Assembly: GCA_963727625.1 (NCBI GenBank)
Contig: CAVSHR010000004.1
Span: 544,001 to 608,000 of the forward strand
Direction: 5' to 3'
Length of the DNA: 64,000 nt
From: an uncultured delta proteobacterium
GTDB lineage: Bacteria; Desulfobacterota; Binatia; UBA9968
Shown here: positions 1-10,050 of the stretch, piece after piece
How positions within the stretch are numbered: position 1 is the stretch's first letter
Layout of the letters: every line of letters begins with the position of its first letter
Made by a program: the position numbers and the translations under genes
The notes under the pieces: model-generated
What the model was told of the DNA's origin: nothing
What the model saw: the letters and a program-made list of their open reading frames with translations, nothing else
Databases searched by the model: none

Positions 1-607
1 GCTCCGGCGTGCGTGTGTGGATCGGCAGGAACATATTGATGCCCAGGCGCGCGCCGACTTCGACGCCGTCGAGGGAGCTGGTGGCCATATAGAAAGGCGG
101 CGGCGGCTTCTGCACCGGCTTGGGATTGACAATCACTTCGGGAATTTGAAAAAACTTTCCGCGATAGTTGAGGGTCGGTTCCGACCAGGCTTTGCGAATC
201 ACGTCGAGAGACTCGGCCATCACTTCGTGCGTCGATTTATGATCTGCGCCGAAACATTCGTAGGCGCGGCTGTGCGGGTGGCCGCCGCCGGCCGCGAACT
301 CCATGCGCCCGTTGCTCACTAGATCGAGCATGGCGGCTTCTTCGGCCAGCTGCACCGGATGGTGCACTGGCAGCGTGTTGACCGCAACGCCGAGGCGGAG
401 ATGCTTGGTCCGCTGGGCTGCCGCGCCGAGCACGACGTAGGGCGCGGAGAGCAGCGAAAACTTCGGCTGGCAGTGAATCTCGGCGACCCAGTAGCTGTGA
501 AAACCCAAACGATCGGCAAGCTCGGCCTGCTCCATGAATTCTTCGAGCCGCGCGGCCGGCGACGAGCCGGGGGGGCACTGAATCTCGGTGAAAAGACTGA
601 CTTTCAC
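1..607 (-). CDS. LLM-class flavin-dependent oxidoreductase (luciferase-like), runs off window start
   Basis: Not in ORF track. Manual translation from GTG at 607: MKVSLFTEIQ...AELADRLGFHSYWVAEIH...RTKHLRLGVAVNTLPVHHPVQLAEEAAMLDLVSNGRMEF...PKPVQKP, typical LLM motifs. Confidence 0.88.
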   Translation of the reverse strand, partial: MKVSLFTEIQCPPGSSPAARLEEFMEQAELADRLGFHSYWVAEIHCQPKFSLLSAPYVVLGAAAQRTKHLRLGVAVNTLPVHHPVQLAEEAAMLDLVSNGRMEFAAGGGHPHSRAYECFGADHKSTHEVMAESLDVIRKAWSEPTLNYRGKFFQIPEVIVNPKPVQKPPPPFYMATSSLDGVEVGARLGINMFLPIHTRTPE

Positions 608-639
608 GGCATGGTTTCCTCTCGATCACGCGGAGAAAG

Positions 640-1482
640 TCACTGCGGCCGGCGCTTTTTCTCGTTGGCTTTGACTACGCGCTCGGCCGCCGCAGCCAGT
701 TGTTGAGTGATCGGTGTGTCGAGCTTGTACAGCCTCGCCAGCTCGGCGACCAGTGGCATATCTTTGTTGAGAACGTTCCGGCCCGATCGTGGCAGCGGAT
801 CGGTCCCGGCGGGATCGAAAGTCCGCTGCCAGCGGTTGAGCACGCTATCATGGCCGATCCGGCGCATCATTTCCAAAGCCTTTGGATAGGGAATGCCACC
901 GGCCAGGCCGATTTGAATCGCTTCGTGGACGATCAAGGTCTCGGCGCCGCCGAGCATGTTCTTGATCAATTTTCCCACCGCGCCGGTGCCCAGCGGCCCC
1001 ATGTGAATAACCTCTTTGGCCATCTTGAGCAGATGCGGCTTGGCCCGTTCCACGGCTTCATCAGAGCCGCCAACGACGAAACTGAGCTCGCCGGCGCGTA
1101 CCGTGTCGGGCACGCCGGTCATGCAGGCATCGATTGCGTCGACGCCTTTGGGGCGCACCGCTTCGGCCACGCGGATCATGGTCTGGGGCAGGATCGAACT
1201 GTGGAGCAATAAGAGCGATCCCGCCTGCGCGCCTTCGAGCGCCCCCTGCGTCCCGAGCACGCAATCGAGCATGTCTTGATCCGTGCGCACGACGATATCG
1301 ATCATCGTTGACGAGCGCGCCACTTCCGCCGCGCTCGCTACCGCACGCATGCCGAGCGCCCGCGCTTGTTCGAGGGCCGGAGCGAAGGCGTCGAAGCAAA
1401 CCGCGTCGACCCCGGCCAGTTTGAGCCGCTGCAGCAATGCGAGGCCCATGGCGCCGGTGCCGATCATGCCGAATTTTTCCAC
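640..1482 (-). CDS. NAD(P)-dependent oxidoreductase, 3-hydroxyisobutyrate dehydrogenase family
   Basis: GMIGTGAMG Rossmann motif; GPLGTGAVGKLIKN catalytic-Lys region. Confidence 0.85.
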   Translation of the reverse strand: MEKFGMIGTGAMGLALLQRLKLAGVDAVCFDAFAPALEQARALGMRAVASAAEVARSSTMIDIVVRTDQDMLDCVLGTQGALEGAQAGSLLLLHSSILPQTMIRVAEAVRPKGVDAIDACMTGVPDTVRAGELSFVVGGSDEAVERAKPHLLKMAKEVIHMGPLGTGAVGKLIKNMLGGAETLIVHEAIQIGLAGGIPYPKALEMMRRIGHDSVLNRWQRTFDPAGTDPLPRSGRNVLNKDMPLVAELARLYKLDTPITQQLAAAAERVVKANEKKRRPQ

Positions 1483-1543
1483 GTAGACTCCTGTACGGAT
1501 TGAAACGGGCGGAAATTTTTTGGATATCGTAGTTGATCAAGAA

Positions 1544-3145
1544 TCAATAGCCGAGCGCATACCCGATCCGGCGCGGGTCGGCTCCGCCGAGCCAGCAGCC
1601 GTTTTCCTGATCGCGCAGGATCACCTTAGCGCTGCCGAAGGACCAGCGGTCGACCACCGTAACCTTGTGCCCTTTCTTTTTCAGCGCTTCGATCGTCGCG
1701 CCGTCGAAGCCTGCTTCCATGCGCAGCGTCTCGGGCAGTTGATCGCGTGGCGGCGTGCCGGGCTGATGGCTCCAGCGCGGCGCCTCCACCGCGCTCTGCG
1801 GGTCCATCTGCAAATCGACGATGTCGTGGATGATCTGAAAATTGGTTTGCGGCTGATCGTCGGCGCCCGGGCTGCCGCCCACGGCGAGCACCTCGCCACC
1901 GCGAAAAACCATGTAGGTATTCAGCGTATGCGCCGGCCGCTTGCCGGGCTTGAGCGCATTGGCTTTGTTCGGATCGAGACCGAAGCTGCACAGCCGATTG
2001 TTCATGATCACGCCGGTATCGCCGGCGATCACCCGCGAGCCGAATGGCGCGAAGACGCTTTGGATGAACGAGATCGCGTTGCCGTCGCGATCAGCGGCGC
2101 AAAGATAGGTGGTGTCGCGGCTCTGGTTCGGAACCGCCTGCGCCGGGCGGTTCATGATTTCTCTGACCAGCTCGCGCCGGTTGTTCGCGTGATCTTTGGA
2201 TATCAACATGGCGATTTTCGGATCGCCAAAGGCCGGATCTTCCAGGTAGCGAATACGGTCCTCGAAGGCGAGTTTTTTCGCCGCCACCTGCAAATGAATC
2301 ATGTCGGCGCGGCTCATGCTGCCATCGTGCAACCGCCAAGCCTCGGCGATGTTGAGCATTTCGAGCACCATGAAGCCCTGCGAGACCGGCGGTTGTTCAT
2401 AGACCACCGTATCGCGATAGTTCGTTTGCAGGGGTTCCAGCCACTGGCAGACGAGGGGCCGCAAATCGTCTTGGGAGAGAAAGCCGCCCTCCGACTTGAT
2501 CGTTGAGCAAATTTTCTCGGCGACCTCGCCGGAATAGAAGCCATCGCGCCCTTGGCGGGCGATTTTTGCCAGCACGTCGCCCAGACCCTTTTGGACAACG
2601 ACCTTTCCAGGTCTCGGCGTACCAAGCGGCTGGCGATAAATTCGATCGACCCATGGGAATTTCGAGCTGACTTCGGCGATCCCCTCCGCAAACTCCTGGG
2701 AGATCGGAAATCCCTCTCGCGAGACGCGCACGGCGTCGGCCGTCAAACGATCCAACTCCTTGGTGCCGTACCTCTTGTGCAGCTCCAACCAACCATCCAC
2801 CGCGCCCGGCACGGCGATGCTGAGTGGACCAAACTGCGGAATTCCCTTTAATCCATGATCGTGAAAATATTCGATCGTCGCTTGGGCCGGCGCCGGACCG
2901 CTGGAGTTGAGCGCTTCAACCTTACCGGTCTTTTTCATCGACACCAGTGCGAAGAGATCCCCGCCCGGTCCACTGGTCTCGGGCTTGACCACCGCCGAGA
3001 CAAATGCGGCGGCGAGAGCCGCGTCGACCGCGTTCCCACCCTCCTGGAGGATCTTCACGCCAGCCAACGACGCCAGCGCATGGCCGGAAGAAACCATTCC
3101 ATGTTGGCTCATGATGACCGGCCGAGCTGCTTTAGTGAATTTCAT
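1544..3145 (-). CDS. ggt: Gamma-glutamyltransferase family Ntn-hydrolase
   Basis: GGNAVDAA, VPGAVDGW, DTT autoprocessing Thr, PGKRPAHT, GGADPRR. Confidence 0.92.
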   Translation of the reverse strand: MKFTKAARPVIMSQHGMVSSGHALASLAGVKILQEGGNAVDAALAAAFVSAVVKPETSGPGGDLFALVSMKKTGKVEALNSSGPAPAQATIEYFHDHGLKGIPQFGPLSIAVPGAVDGWLELHKRYGTKELDRLTADAVRVSREGFPISQEFAEGIAEVSSKFPWVDRIYRQPLGTPRPGKVVVQKGLGDVLAKIARQGRDGFYSGEVAEKICSTIKSEGGFLSQDDLRPLVCQWLEPLQTNYRDTVVYEQPPVSQGFMVLEMLNIAEAWRLHDGSMSRADMIHLQVAAKKLAFEDRIRYLEDPAFGDPKIAMLISKDHANNRRELVREIMNRPAQAVPNQSRDTTYLCAADRDGNAISFIQSVFAPFGSRVIAGDTGVIMNNRLCSFGLDPNKANALKPGKRPAHTLNTYMVFRGGEVLAVGGSPGADDQPQTNFQIIHDIVDLQMDPQSAVEAPRWSHQPGTPPRDQLPETLRMEAGFDGATIEALKKKGHKVTVVDRWSFGSAKVILRDQENGCWLGGADPRRIGYALGY

Positions 3146-4167
3146 GCTGCTCCAGTTCCGAGGATGCGCGCGGCGTTGCCGCCGAGTATTTTTGCCTTGT
3201 CGCTAAAACTCAGTTCAAGGCCATCGATAGCTTTCAAGCTATTTTTGACCAATAGGCAGCCTTCCTCCGGGCCATAGGGGTAATTGGTCCCCAAAACCAT
3301 CCGAGCCGGACCGAAGAAATCTTTCACGCAGCGCAGGGTCGACGTCGGATGATCGGCGGTGTCGACATAGAAACGCCGGAAGGAATCGAGGGGATTTTCC
3401 TTGAGGCCGTACTTGTGGCGGATCTCGTCGGTTCGTCCGGAATAAATATTGATCGCCCGTTGGGCAAAGAAAGCCAACACGCCGCCGACGTCGGCAACCA
3501 CCCAGTTGATCTCCGGGAAGCGCTCGAGCACGCGGCCGTAAACCAGCCTAGTCATCGCCACCGTACTGTCGAAGGCCCAGCCGAAAATCAAAGTCGGCAT
3601 GATATCGATTCCCACCGCCTCCGTGGCCAGCGGCGCGGTCGGGTGGATGTAAACCGGCAGCTGGTATTTCGCCAGCCGCTCGTAAATCGGAAACAGCGCC
3701 TCGCGATCGAGCGCCTGGCCGTTCAGATTGGCGAAGCAACCGAAGCCGCGCAAGCCGAGCTCGTTGACCGAGCGTTCGAGCTCTCGTAGCGAAGCTTGGA
3801 CATCGCAACTCGGCAGGGTAAAAAAACCGATGAAGCGCTTGGCATGCTTGCGCGCGATCGCCGCGATGGCGTCATTGGCGACGCGCGCAATCTGGATCGC
3901 GTCATCACCCTCGAAACGGTCGGCTCCCGGAGCGGGAACAGTCAGCACGTGTATGTCGATCCCCAACTGATCCATATGCAGCAACCGGCGCTCGATGTTC
4001 TGGCCCTGAAACGTCGCCGTGTTGATGCGGCATTTGAGCTTCTTGTCGTAAAAATAGCTCATGCCGCTCTGCGGGTCGGGCTCTTCGAGAATGACCGCAC
4101 CGTCGAGGCGGTTCATCGCGGCGATGTAGGGTTCGGGAAATAGGTGGGCTTGAAAATCAATGATCAT
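3142..4167 (-). CDS. Amidohydrolase_2 family protein (ACMSD-like)
   Basis: IIDFQAH, PVYIHP, RFYVDT, LGTNYPY. Confidence 0.88.
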   Translation of the reverse strand: MIIDFQAHLFPEPYIAAMNRLDGAVILEEPDPQSGMSYFYDKKLKCRINTATFQGQNIERRLLHMDQLGIDIHVLTVPAPGADRFEGDDAIQIARVANDAIAAIARKHAKRFIGFFTLPSCDVQASLRELERSVNELGLRGFGCFANLNGQALDREALFPIYERLAKYQLPVYIHPTAPLATEAVGIDIMPTLIFGWAFDSTVAMTRLVYGRVLERFPEINWVVADVGGVLAFFAQRAINIYSGRTDEIRHKYGLKENPLDSFRRFYVDTADHPTSTLRCVKDFFGPARMVLGTNYPYGPEEGCLLVKNSLKAIDGLELSFSDKAKILGGNAARILGTGAA

Positions 4168-4180
4168 CGCGAATCGCTAC

Positions 4181-5209
4181 CTATAGGCCATATAAAGCCC
4201 GTGCGTTGTCATCGAGGATCTTGTTGACCACCGGCGTCGGCACGGCGCCGTCTTCTTTCAATTTGCGCAGCGCGAGAATCTCCGACGAAGTATCGTTGTG
4301 GCCGTAGTCCGTGCCAATGATCAGCATATCATCACCGGAGTATTTCAAGACGTAGGGCAGATCGTCATCGGTCTGGCAGGTCACCCAAATTTTGTTCTTG
4401 CGTAGGACCTGTGTCTTGTCGACCGGCACCCCGCTCCTCTCCCGGCGCCGCGCGAAATCGTGGATTGCGTAGGGAACCCACTGGGCGCTCACTTCGATGA
4501 ACGACCACTTGGTTTTGGGAAATTTCTGCGGGATGTCGTTGAAAATCAGCGAATGGAAGGACCCCACCACCGCCAGTTTAAATTTATTAAAACCGCATTC
4601 ATTGAGAAAATAATCATGCACGGCGAAGCTCCCGGTGGCGGAGTGCACGCAGATCGGTATGTCGAGCCTGCCGGCTTCCTCGTAGATGGGAAAAAAATGC
4701 GGGTCGCTTATATGCTTGTCGCCTTCCAGGCCGCGCATGAAAATGCCGCAGGCGCCGTTCTCCTTGGCATAGCGCGCTTCTTCGATCGCCTTATCCATCG
4801 ACAACAGCGGCAACACCGCCACCCAGCGCAAGCGCTCGGGTGCCGTTTTCCAGATATCGATCAACCAGCGGTTGTAACTGCGCGTCACCGCCAGCTCGAC
4901 CTCCGGCCGGCGCGTGAAGGGGCGCAGAAATATCGTCGGGTAAAGCACCTGCACGTCGACGTCGAGCTCGTCCATATGCGCTAGACGGGCCTTGACGTCT
5001 TCCATCTCGCGCGACTCCTTCGAGGTGTCGTGGCCGACATTGCGCGCCTTGCCGATGTACGTGCCATCGACCAGCCAGGATTCACCGCCCGACGCGGCGT
5101 CATGGGGCGTCGGCACAATGCGAGGTTTCATATCCCGCTCGGACTCGATCATATAGTCCCAGGTGTGGTTGGTCTCTAAAACATGCGCGTCCGAATCGAT
5201 CACTGCCAT
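4181..5209 (-). CDS. Amidohydrolase_2 family protein
   Basis: Start reassigned to MAVIDSDAHV (AGGAGG upstream); PICVH, GTDYGHND, NARALY. Confidence 0.88.
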   Translation of the reverse strand: MAVIDSDAHVLETNHTWDYMIESERDMKPRIVPTPHDAASGGESWLVDGTYIGKARNVGHDTSKESREMEDVKARLAHMDELDVDVQVLYPTIFLRPFTRRPEVELAVTRSYNRWLIDIWKTAPERLRWVAVLPLLSMDKAIEEARYAKENGACGIFMRGLEGDKHISDPHFFPIYEEAGRLDIPICVHSATGSFAVHDYFLNECGFNKFKLAVVGSFHSLIFNDIPQKFPKTKWSFIEVSAQWVPYAIHDFARRRERSGVPVDKTQVLRKNKIWVTCQTDDDLPYVLKYSGDDMLIIGTDYGHNDTSSEILALRKLKEDGAVPTPVVNKILDDNARALYGL

Positions 5210-5211
5210 CG

Positions 5212-5430
5212 CTACAATCCTCCTAACCTGGTTCGTTTGCTGGCCGGTGTCGGATCGACCCCGACCTTTTCGGTCTTCGAACCGACCGAACTGTTGCACC
5301 CCTGACAGGTGTAGTCGTAAAGCTCGCCGTCGGGCAGCACCAACAATAATCTCTCGCGCACCGGCATCGCTCGGCCGCACTTGTTACAATATAATAACGA
5401 CGCGTTGAACCGATCAAAGGAGTGTTCCAT
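5212..5430 (-). CDS. Small zinc-ribbon protein
   Basis: CNKC...CQGC; fills the space between fusA (9 nt gap) and the next gene (2 nt gap). Confidence 0.75.
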   Translation of the reverse strand: MEHSFDRFNASLLYCNKCGRAMPVRERLLLVLPDGELYDYTCQGCNSSVGSKTEKVGVDPTPASKRTRLGGL

Positions 5431-5439
5431 AGAACCGCC

Positions 5440-7545
5440 TCAAGCCTTGCTTTCGCCGTTATGCTCCGCCGCCTTGACCGCCTTGGCTTCCTTGATCACT
5501 TTTTCCGCCAAGTGCGGCGGCACCTCTTCGTAATGTGCAAACTCCATGTGAAACTCGCCGCGCCCGCTGGTGATGGAACGCAAATCCGGCGCATATTTTA
5601 ACACCTCGGACATGGGCACCCGGGATTTGATCACCTGGGTGTGACCTTTGGTTTCCATTCCCAATACTTTGCCACGCCGGCTGTTAAGATCGCCGATCAC
5701 ATCGCCCATGCATTCGTCGGGCACCGAGATTTCCATGTTCATGAGCGGCTCGAGGAGCACCGGTCTGGCTTTTTCCACGGCGTTCTTAAATCCCATCGAC
5801 GCGGCGATTTTGAATGCCATATCCGAGGAATCCACGTCATGGTACGAGCCGTCGTACAAGATTACACGCACGTCGACCATCGGATAACCGGCCAGGTAGC
5901 CGCCCACCATCGCTTCTCTCACGCCCTTTTCCACGGCGGGAATATAATTCCGCGGAATCGCACCGCCGACGATTTGATCGACGAATTCGAAACCTTTGCC
6001 CGGCGGGAGCGGCTCGACCTTTAGCCAGGTATCGCCGAACTGGCCGCGCCCGCCGGTCTGTTTTTTTAACCGTCCTTGCGCGCTGGCGCTGGCGCGAATG
6101 GTTTCCTTGTACGGCACCTTGGGCGCTTTGAGGACAACCTCGGCGCCGTATTTACGTTTCAATTTTTCAACGATGATCTCGATATGCTGCTGCCCCATAC
6201 CAGAAAGGATAAAATCGCGGGTTTCATCGTCGCGATGCATTTCGATGGTCTGGTCTTCTTCCATCATGCGATGTAGTCCCTGCGGCAGCTTATCCTCATC
6301 GGCTTTGCTTTTGGGCTCCAAAGCAAACGAGATGTTCGGCGAAAAATGCACCGCCCCGTCGTAACAAATCGGGAATTTTTCATCGCACAGCGTATCGCCC
6401 GTGGCGACGTCCTTGAATTTCGCCGCCGCGACGATTTCGCCCGCGAACGCCTCTTTGACGGCGTCTTGCTTCTTGCCTTCCAAGCGAAACAAGTGACCCA
6501 TTTTTTCTTTCGCCTGGCGGTTAGCCACGAAGCAAGTCATATCCGGAGCGACCCTTCCCGACATGACGCGCATGATGGAAAGCTTGCCAGCGAACGGATC
6601 GATCAGGGTCTTAAATACGTACGCCGAAAACGGCGCGTTCGGATCGGTTACACGTTTAATGACTTCGCCGTTGTCGGGGTTACTGCCTTCGATCTCGCCG
6701 TCATCGAGTGCTGCCGGCAGATAATCGGCGACGGCGTCGAGCAACTGCGAAACCCCGATTTGGCGCAGCGGCGCGCCGAATAGGATCGGAAAAACTTTTC
6801 GCTGCCGCACAGCTTCCCGAATCGCTTTCTTCAATTCTTCGACGCTCAGCTCCTGCCCGTCGAGAAATTTTTCCAGCAGCTCGTCGTCGGTTTCGGCAAC
6901 GTCTTCGACCATCTTTTGGCGCCACTCATCGGCCATGCTCTTCGAATCCGCCGGAATCTCCGCTTCGACGAACTTTCCCGTATCTCCTTCAAACAAGTAG
7001 GCCTTCATCGTGAGCAGGTCGACCACGCCTTCAAAATGAGCTTCCGCGCCGATCGGCATCTGCAAATAAACCGCTTTTGCTTCCAAAGCCTCCAGCAGAG
7101 GCGCAATTCGTTCGGCGACGGCGCCTTGCTCATGATCCATTTTGCTGACAAAGACGAGGCGGCTCACGCAGTCTTCGTTGGCTCTCGCCCACAATCGTTC
7201 GGATTCGACCCGGAGACCGACCACGGGATTGAGCAAGAACACCGCGCCGCTGCACGCACGCATGGAGTTAATCGTATCTGCCAGAAAAGCCGCATAGCCA
7301 GGCATATCAATCAGGCTCATTGGGCACTTTTTCCAGGATAAGGAGTGAAAAGCGGTTGAAATCGACACGTGATGCTTGATTTCCTCCGGCTCGTAATCGA
7401 GCACCGAGGTGCCGTCTAAAACCCGCCCCAGCCGCTGAGTCGCTCCCGCCGCAAACAGCATCGCTTCCCCTAACGAAGTCTTGCCCGAACCTCCCTGACC
7501 TAGAATTCCAACGTTACGAAGTTTCTCTAGCTCCGCTACAGCCAT
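5440..7545 (-). CDS. fusA: Elongation factor G paralogue (EF-G2-like)
   Basis: Start MAVAELEKLRN after GGAGG; GMGQQH, KKQTGGRGQFG, DGSYHDVDSSDMAF, DLNSRRG; non-canonical G1, G3 and G4 motifs. Confidence 0.93.
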   Translation of the reverse strand: MAVAELEKLRNVGILGQGGSGKTSLGEAMLFAAGATQRLGRVLDGTSVLDYEPEEIKHHVSISTAFHSLSWKKCPMSLIDMPGYAAFLADTINSMRACSGAVFLLNPVVGLRVESERLWARANEDCVSRLVFVSKMDHEQGAVAERIAPLLEALEAKAVYLQMPIGAEAHFEGVVDLLTMKAYLFEGDTGKFVEAEIPADSKSMADEWRQKMVEDVAETDDELLEKFLDGQELSVEELKKAIREAVRQRKVFPILFGAPLRQIGVSQLLDAVADYLPAALDDGEIEGSNPDNGEVIKRVTDPNAPFSAYVFKTLIDPFAGKLSIMRVMSGRVAPDMTCFVANRQAKEKMGHLFRLEGKKQDAVKEAFAGEIVAAAKFKDVATGDTLCDEKFPICYDGAVHFSPNISFALEPKSKADEDKLPQGLHRMMEEDQTIEMHRDDETRDFILSGMGQQHIEIIVEKLKRKYGAEVVLKAPKVPYKETIRASASAQGRLKKQTGGRGQFGDTWLKVEPLPPGKGFEFVDQIVGGAIPRNYIPAVEKGVREAMVGGYLAGYPMVDVRVILYDGSYHDVDSSDMAFKIAASMGFKNAVEKARPVLLEPLMNMEISVPDECMGDVIGDLNSRRGKVLGMETKGHTQVIKSRVPMSEVLKYAPDLRSITSGRGEFHMEFAHYEEVPPHLAEKVIKEAKAVKAAEHNGESKA

Positions 7546-7574
7546 GTCGATGGCCTCCTCCTTGTTTGGTTTTT

Positions 7575-8369
7575 CTAAGTGTGAGCTCTCGCTTTCACTT
7601 CCTGGAGCGAATTTCTTTCGTGGATAACGCGTAAACCATCCAAGGTTAGAAATTCGTCTACTTCCCCGATGCTCGAACACTCCGAAGCCACTAACGGCGC
7701 CAGCCCGCCGGTGGCCACGACTTTGGCCTGGCAGCCATGCTCGCTTTGAATCCGATGCACGATCCCGTCGACCAAGCCGACGTAGCCGTAAAAGATACCG
7801 GCCTGGATCGAATGGATGGTATTACGCCCGATGACTTCTTTGGGTTTGACGATTTCGATACGCGGCAATTTCGAGGCGCGCTGGAACAGCGCCTCGAGAG
7901 AAATTGACAAGCCGGGGGCGATGGCCCCGCCGATATATTCACCTTTTTTGGAAATCAGGTCGATGGTTGTCGCGGTGCCGAAATCGACGATGATGCAGGC
8001 GTCGTGATATTTCTCGTAGGCAGCGATGCCATTGACGATTCGATCCGCGCCCACGTCCTTGGGATTTTCGTAAAGAATCGGCATACCGGTCTTGATCCCT
8101 GGACCAACGATCAAAGGATCGATACGGAAGAATTTTTCCGCCAGCTCTTGAGTCGTGGTCAGCATCGGCGGCACCACGCAGGACACCGCGATGGAGGAAA
8201 TCTGCTGGCCGCGGAACCCGGCGTAGTCGATCAGCTGCGAGATGATCACGCCGTATTCGTCGGAAGTGCGCTCCGCTTGGGTTGCCAAGCGCCAATGCGT
8301 GATTAATTTTTTCCCCTGGTATAAACCGAGAACGATGTTGGTGTTACCGATATCGATGGCAAGTAACAT
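7575..8369 (-). CDS. coaX: Type III pantothenate kinase
   Basis: [34 protein letters not shown]. Confidence 0.95.
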   Translation of the reverse strand: MLLAIDIGNTNIVLGLYQGKKLITHWRLATQAERTSDEYGVIISQLIDYAGFRGQQISSIAVSCVVPPMLTTTQELAEKFFRIDPLIVGPGIKTGMPILYENPKDVGADRIVNGIAAYEKYHDACIIVDFGTATTIDLISKKGEYIGGAIAPGLSISLEALFQRASKLPRIEIVKPKEVIGRNTIHSIQAGIFYGYVGLVDGIVHRIQSEHGCQAKVVATGGLAPLVASECSSIGEVDEFLTLDGLRVIHERNSLQEVKARAHT

Positions 8370-8380
8370 GAGTATCCGTA

Positions 8381-9205
8381 TCAAATCTCCGACGGAATGA
8401 CGTCTCCGGCAACGATGCTGCGGCGTTCTCCGTCGTCCCCCTCGAGAATCAGCGCGCCGCTGGGCTCGATGCCTTGGACCCGGCCGGTCAGCACCTGATC
8501 GCCAAGCTCGACCCTCACGCGCCGCCCACGCCAAACCAAGCGCGCTTCCCAACGCGGCCGCAGGACTTCAAAGCCGGACTCCTCAAGCTCTCCATAACAC
8601 CGGTCGAGGTCTTGAATCAATCGTCTCAGCAGGTTTTCGCGCGCCACCGGTTGCCCGGTCAACTGCGTTAGCGAAGTCGCCCGCTCACGCAATTGAGCCG
8701 GCATCGAATCGAAGCCGTAATTCAGATTGACACCAATACCCAAAACAACGAATTCGACGCGCTCCGAATCACAGGCCGCCTCGGCGAGAATGCCGGCCAG
8801 TTTTCTTCCGTCGACCAAGATATCGTTGGGCCATTTGATCGCGGGCGGACGTCCCAAAAATGCCCCCACGGTTTCGGCCAGGGCCACCGCAGCCATTAGA
8901 GTAATTTGTGGCGCGTGTGCCGGCGCCAAGTTGGGTCGGAGAATTATCGATAGGTAGAGATTCACAAACGGCGGAGATTCCCATACCCGGCCCAAACGGC
9001 CGCGGCCTCGGGACTGCGCTTCGGCGACCACCACTTCGCCTTCGGCAGCGCCGTTTTCGGCGAGCCGGCGCGCCTCCGTGTTGGTCGAATCGATCTCGGC
9101 GAAGTAATGAAACTTGACGCCGAGCCGTTTAGCCGTTAAACCCCGGCGCGCGTCATCAAGGTCTAGAGGCGCCAAGATTGTGGCGCGAATATCATTTGCC
9201 GACAT
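8381..9205 (-). CDS. birA: Biotin-protein ligase without N-terminal HTH
   Basis: [28 protein letters not shown]. Confidence 0.93.
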   Translation of the reverse strand: MSANDIRATILAPLDLDDARRGLTAKRLGVKFHYFAEIDSTNTEARRLAENGAAEGEVVVAEAQSRGRGRLGRVWESPPFVNLYLSIILRPNLAPAHAPQITLMAAVALAETVGAFLGRPPAIKWPNDILVDGRKLAGILAEAACDSERVEFVVLGIGVNLNYGFDSMPAQLRERATSLTQLTGQPVARENLLRRLIQDLDRCYGELEESGFEVLRPRWEARLVWRGRRVRVELGDQVLTGRVQGIEPSGALILEGDDGERRSIVAGDVIPSEI

Positions 9206-10046
9206 TCATAGTAATTTTCATGTTAAAGTCGACGACCGGGGCCGAATGGGTCAGCGCGCCCGAGGAAATAAAATCGACGCCGGTTTCGGCGACTCGCCGA
9301 ATAGTTTCCAGCGTGATACCACCCGAAGCCTCGACCCACGCCCGCTTGTCGACCCGCTTGACCGCCTCGGCCATTTGGGCCAGTGTCATGTTATCGAGCA
9401 TGACGACGTCGGCGCCGGCATCAATAGCCTCTTGAACTTGCTGAAGATTGCTTGCTTCGACTTCGACCTTCGCCATGAACGGCGCATGGCGGCGCACCGC
9501 CTTGACGGCTTCCGCGATCGATCCGGTCGCTTCGATGTGGTTATCCTTGACCAACGCGGCGTCATACAAACCGATTCGATGGTTCATGCCCCCACCCATG
9601 CGCACGGCGTATTTTTCCAGGGTGCGCAGCCCCGGGGTGGTCTTTCTGGTGTCGAGCACTTTACAGGGAAAGTCTTTCACCGCATCGACATACTTGCGCG
9701 TCAGGGTCGCGTTACCGGACAGACGCTGGAGAAAATTGAGCGCCGTTCTTTCTGCGAGCAAGAGAGCGCGCACCGGCCCCACGGCCTCCGCCACCACCGT
9801 TCCTTGCGCGACTAGCGTCCCGTCCTTGGTCAACAAACGAACTTCCACTTTAGGATCAATAAAATAGAAAATCCTCTCAAGCAGCACCAAACCGGCCACC
9901 ACGCCCTCTTTTTTAGCCCGAAAGAATCCGGTGCCGCGCGCTTCGGCCGAAATCGTTGCCATCGTCGCCAAATCGCCCGCGCCGATATCCTCGTCGAGCG
10001 CGTCGCGAATCAATCGCTCGATCTGCGGGCTAACCAGAATGTCCAT
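9192..10046 (-). CDS. nadC: Quinolinate phosphoribosyltransferase
   Basis: ERTALNFLQ, DTRKTTPG, KDNH, MLDN, EASGG. Confidence 0.96.
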   Translation of the reverse strand: MDILVSPQIERLIRDALDEDIGAGDLATMATISAEARGTGFFRAKKEGVVAGLVLLERIFYFIDPKVEVRLLTKDGTLVAQGTVVAEAVGPVRALLLAERTALNFLQRLSGNATLTRKYVDAVKDFPCKVLDTRKTTPGLRTLEKYAVRMGGGMNHRIGLYDAALVKDNHIEATGSIAEAVKAVRRHAPFMAKVEVEASNLQQVQEAIDAGADVVMLDNMTLAQMAEAVKRVDKRAWVEASGGITLETIRRVAETGVDFISSGALTHSAPVVDFNMKITMNVGK

Positions 10047-10050
10047 GTGC

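Noticed and set aside
1520-2506. Long antisense ORFs (also 40470-41525, 41687-42721, 55741-56691)
   Set aside because: Shadows of real genes caused by GC-rich codon bias; no motifs
7546-7680. N-terminal extension of EF-G shown in the ORF track (similar extensions for coaX and the 4181 amidohydrolase)
   Set aside because: These overlap upstream genes; downstream ATGs have better SD or family-typical N-termini
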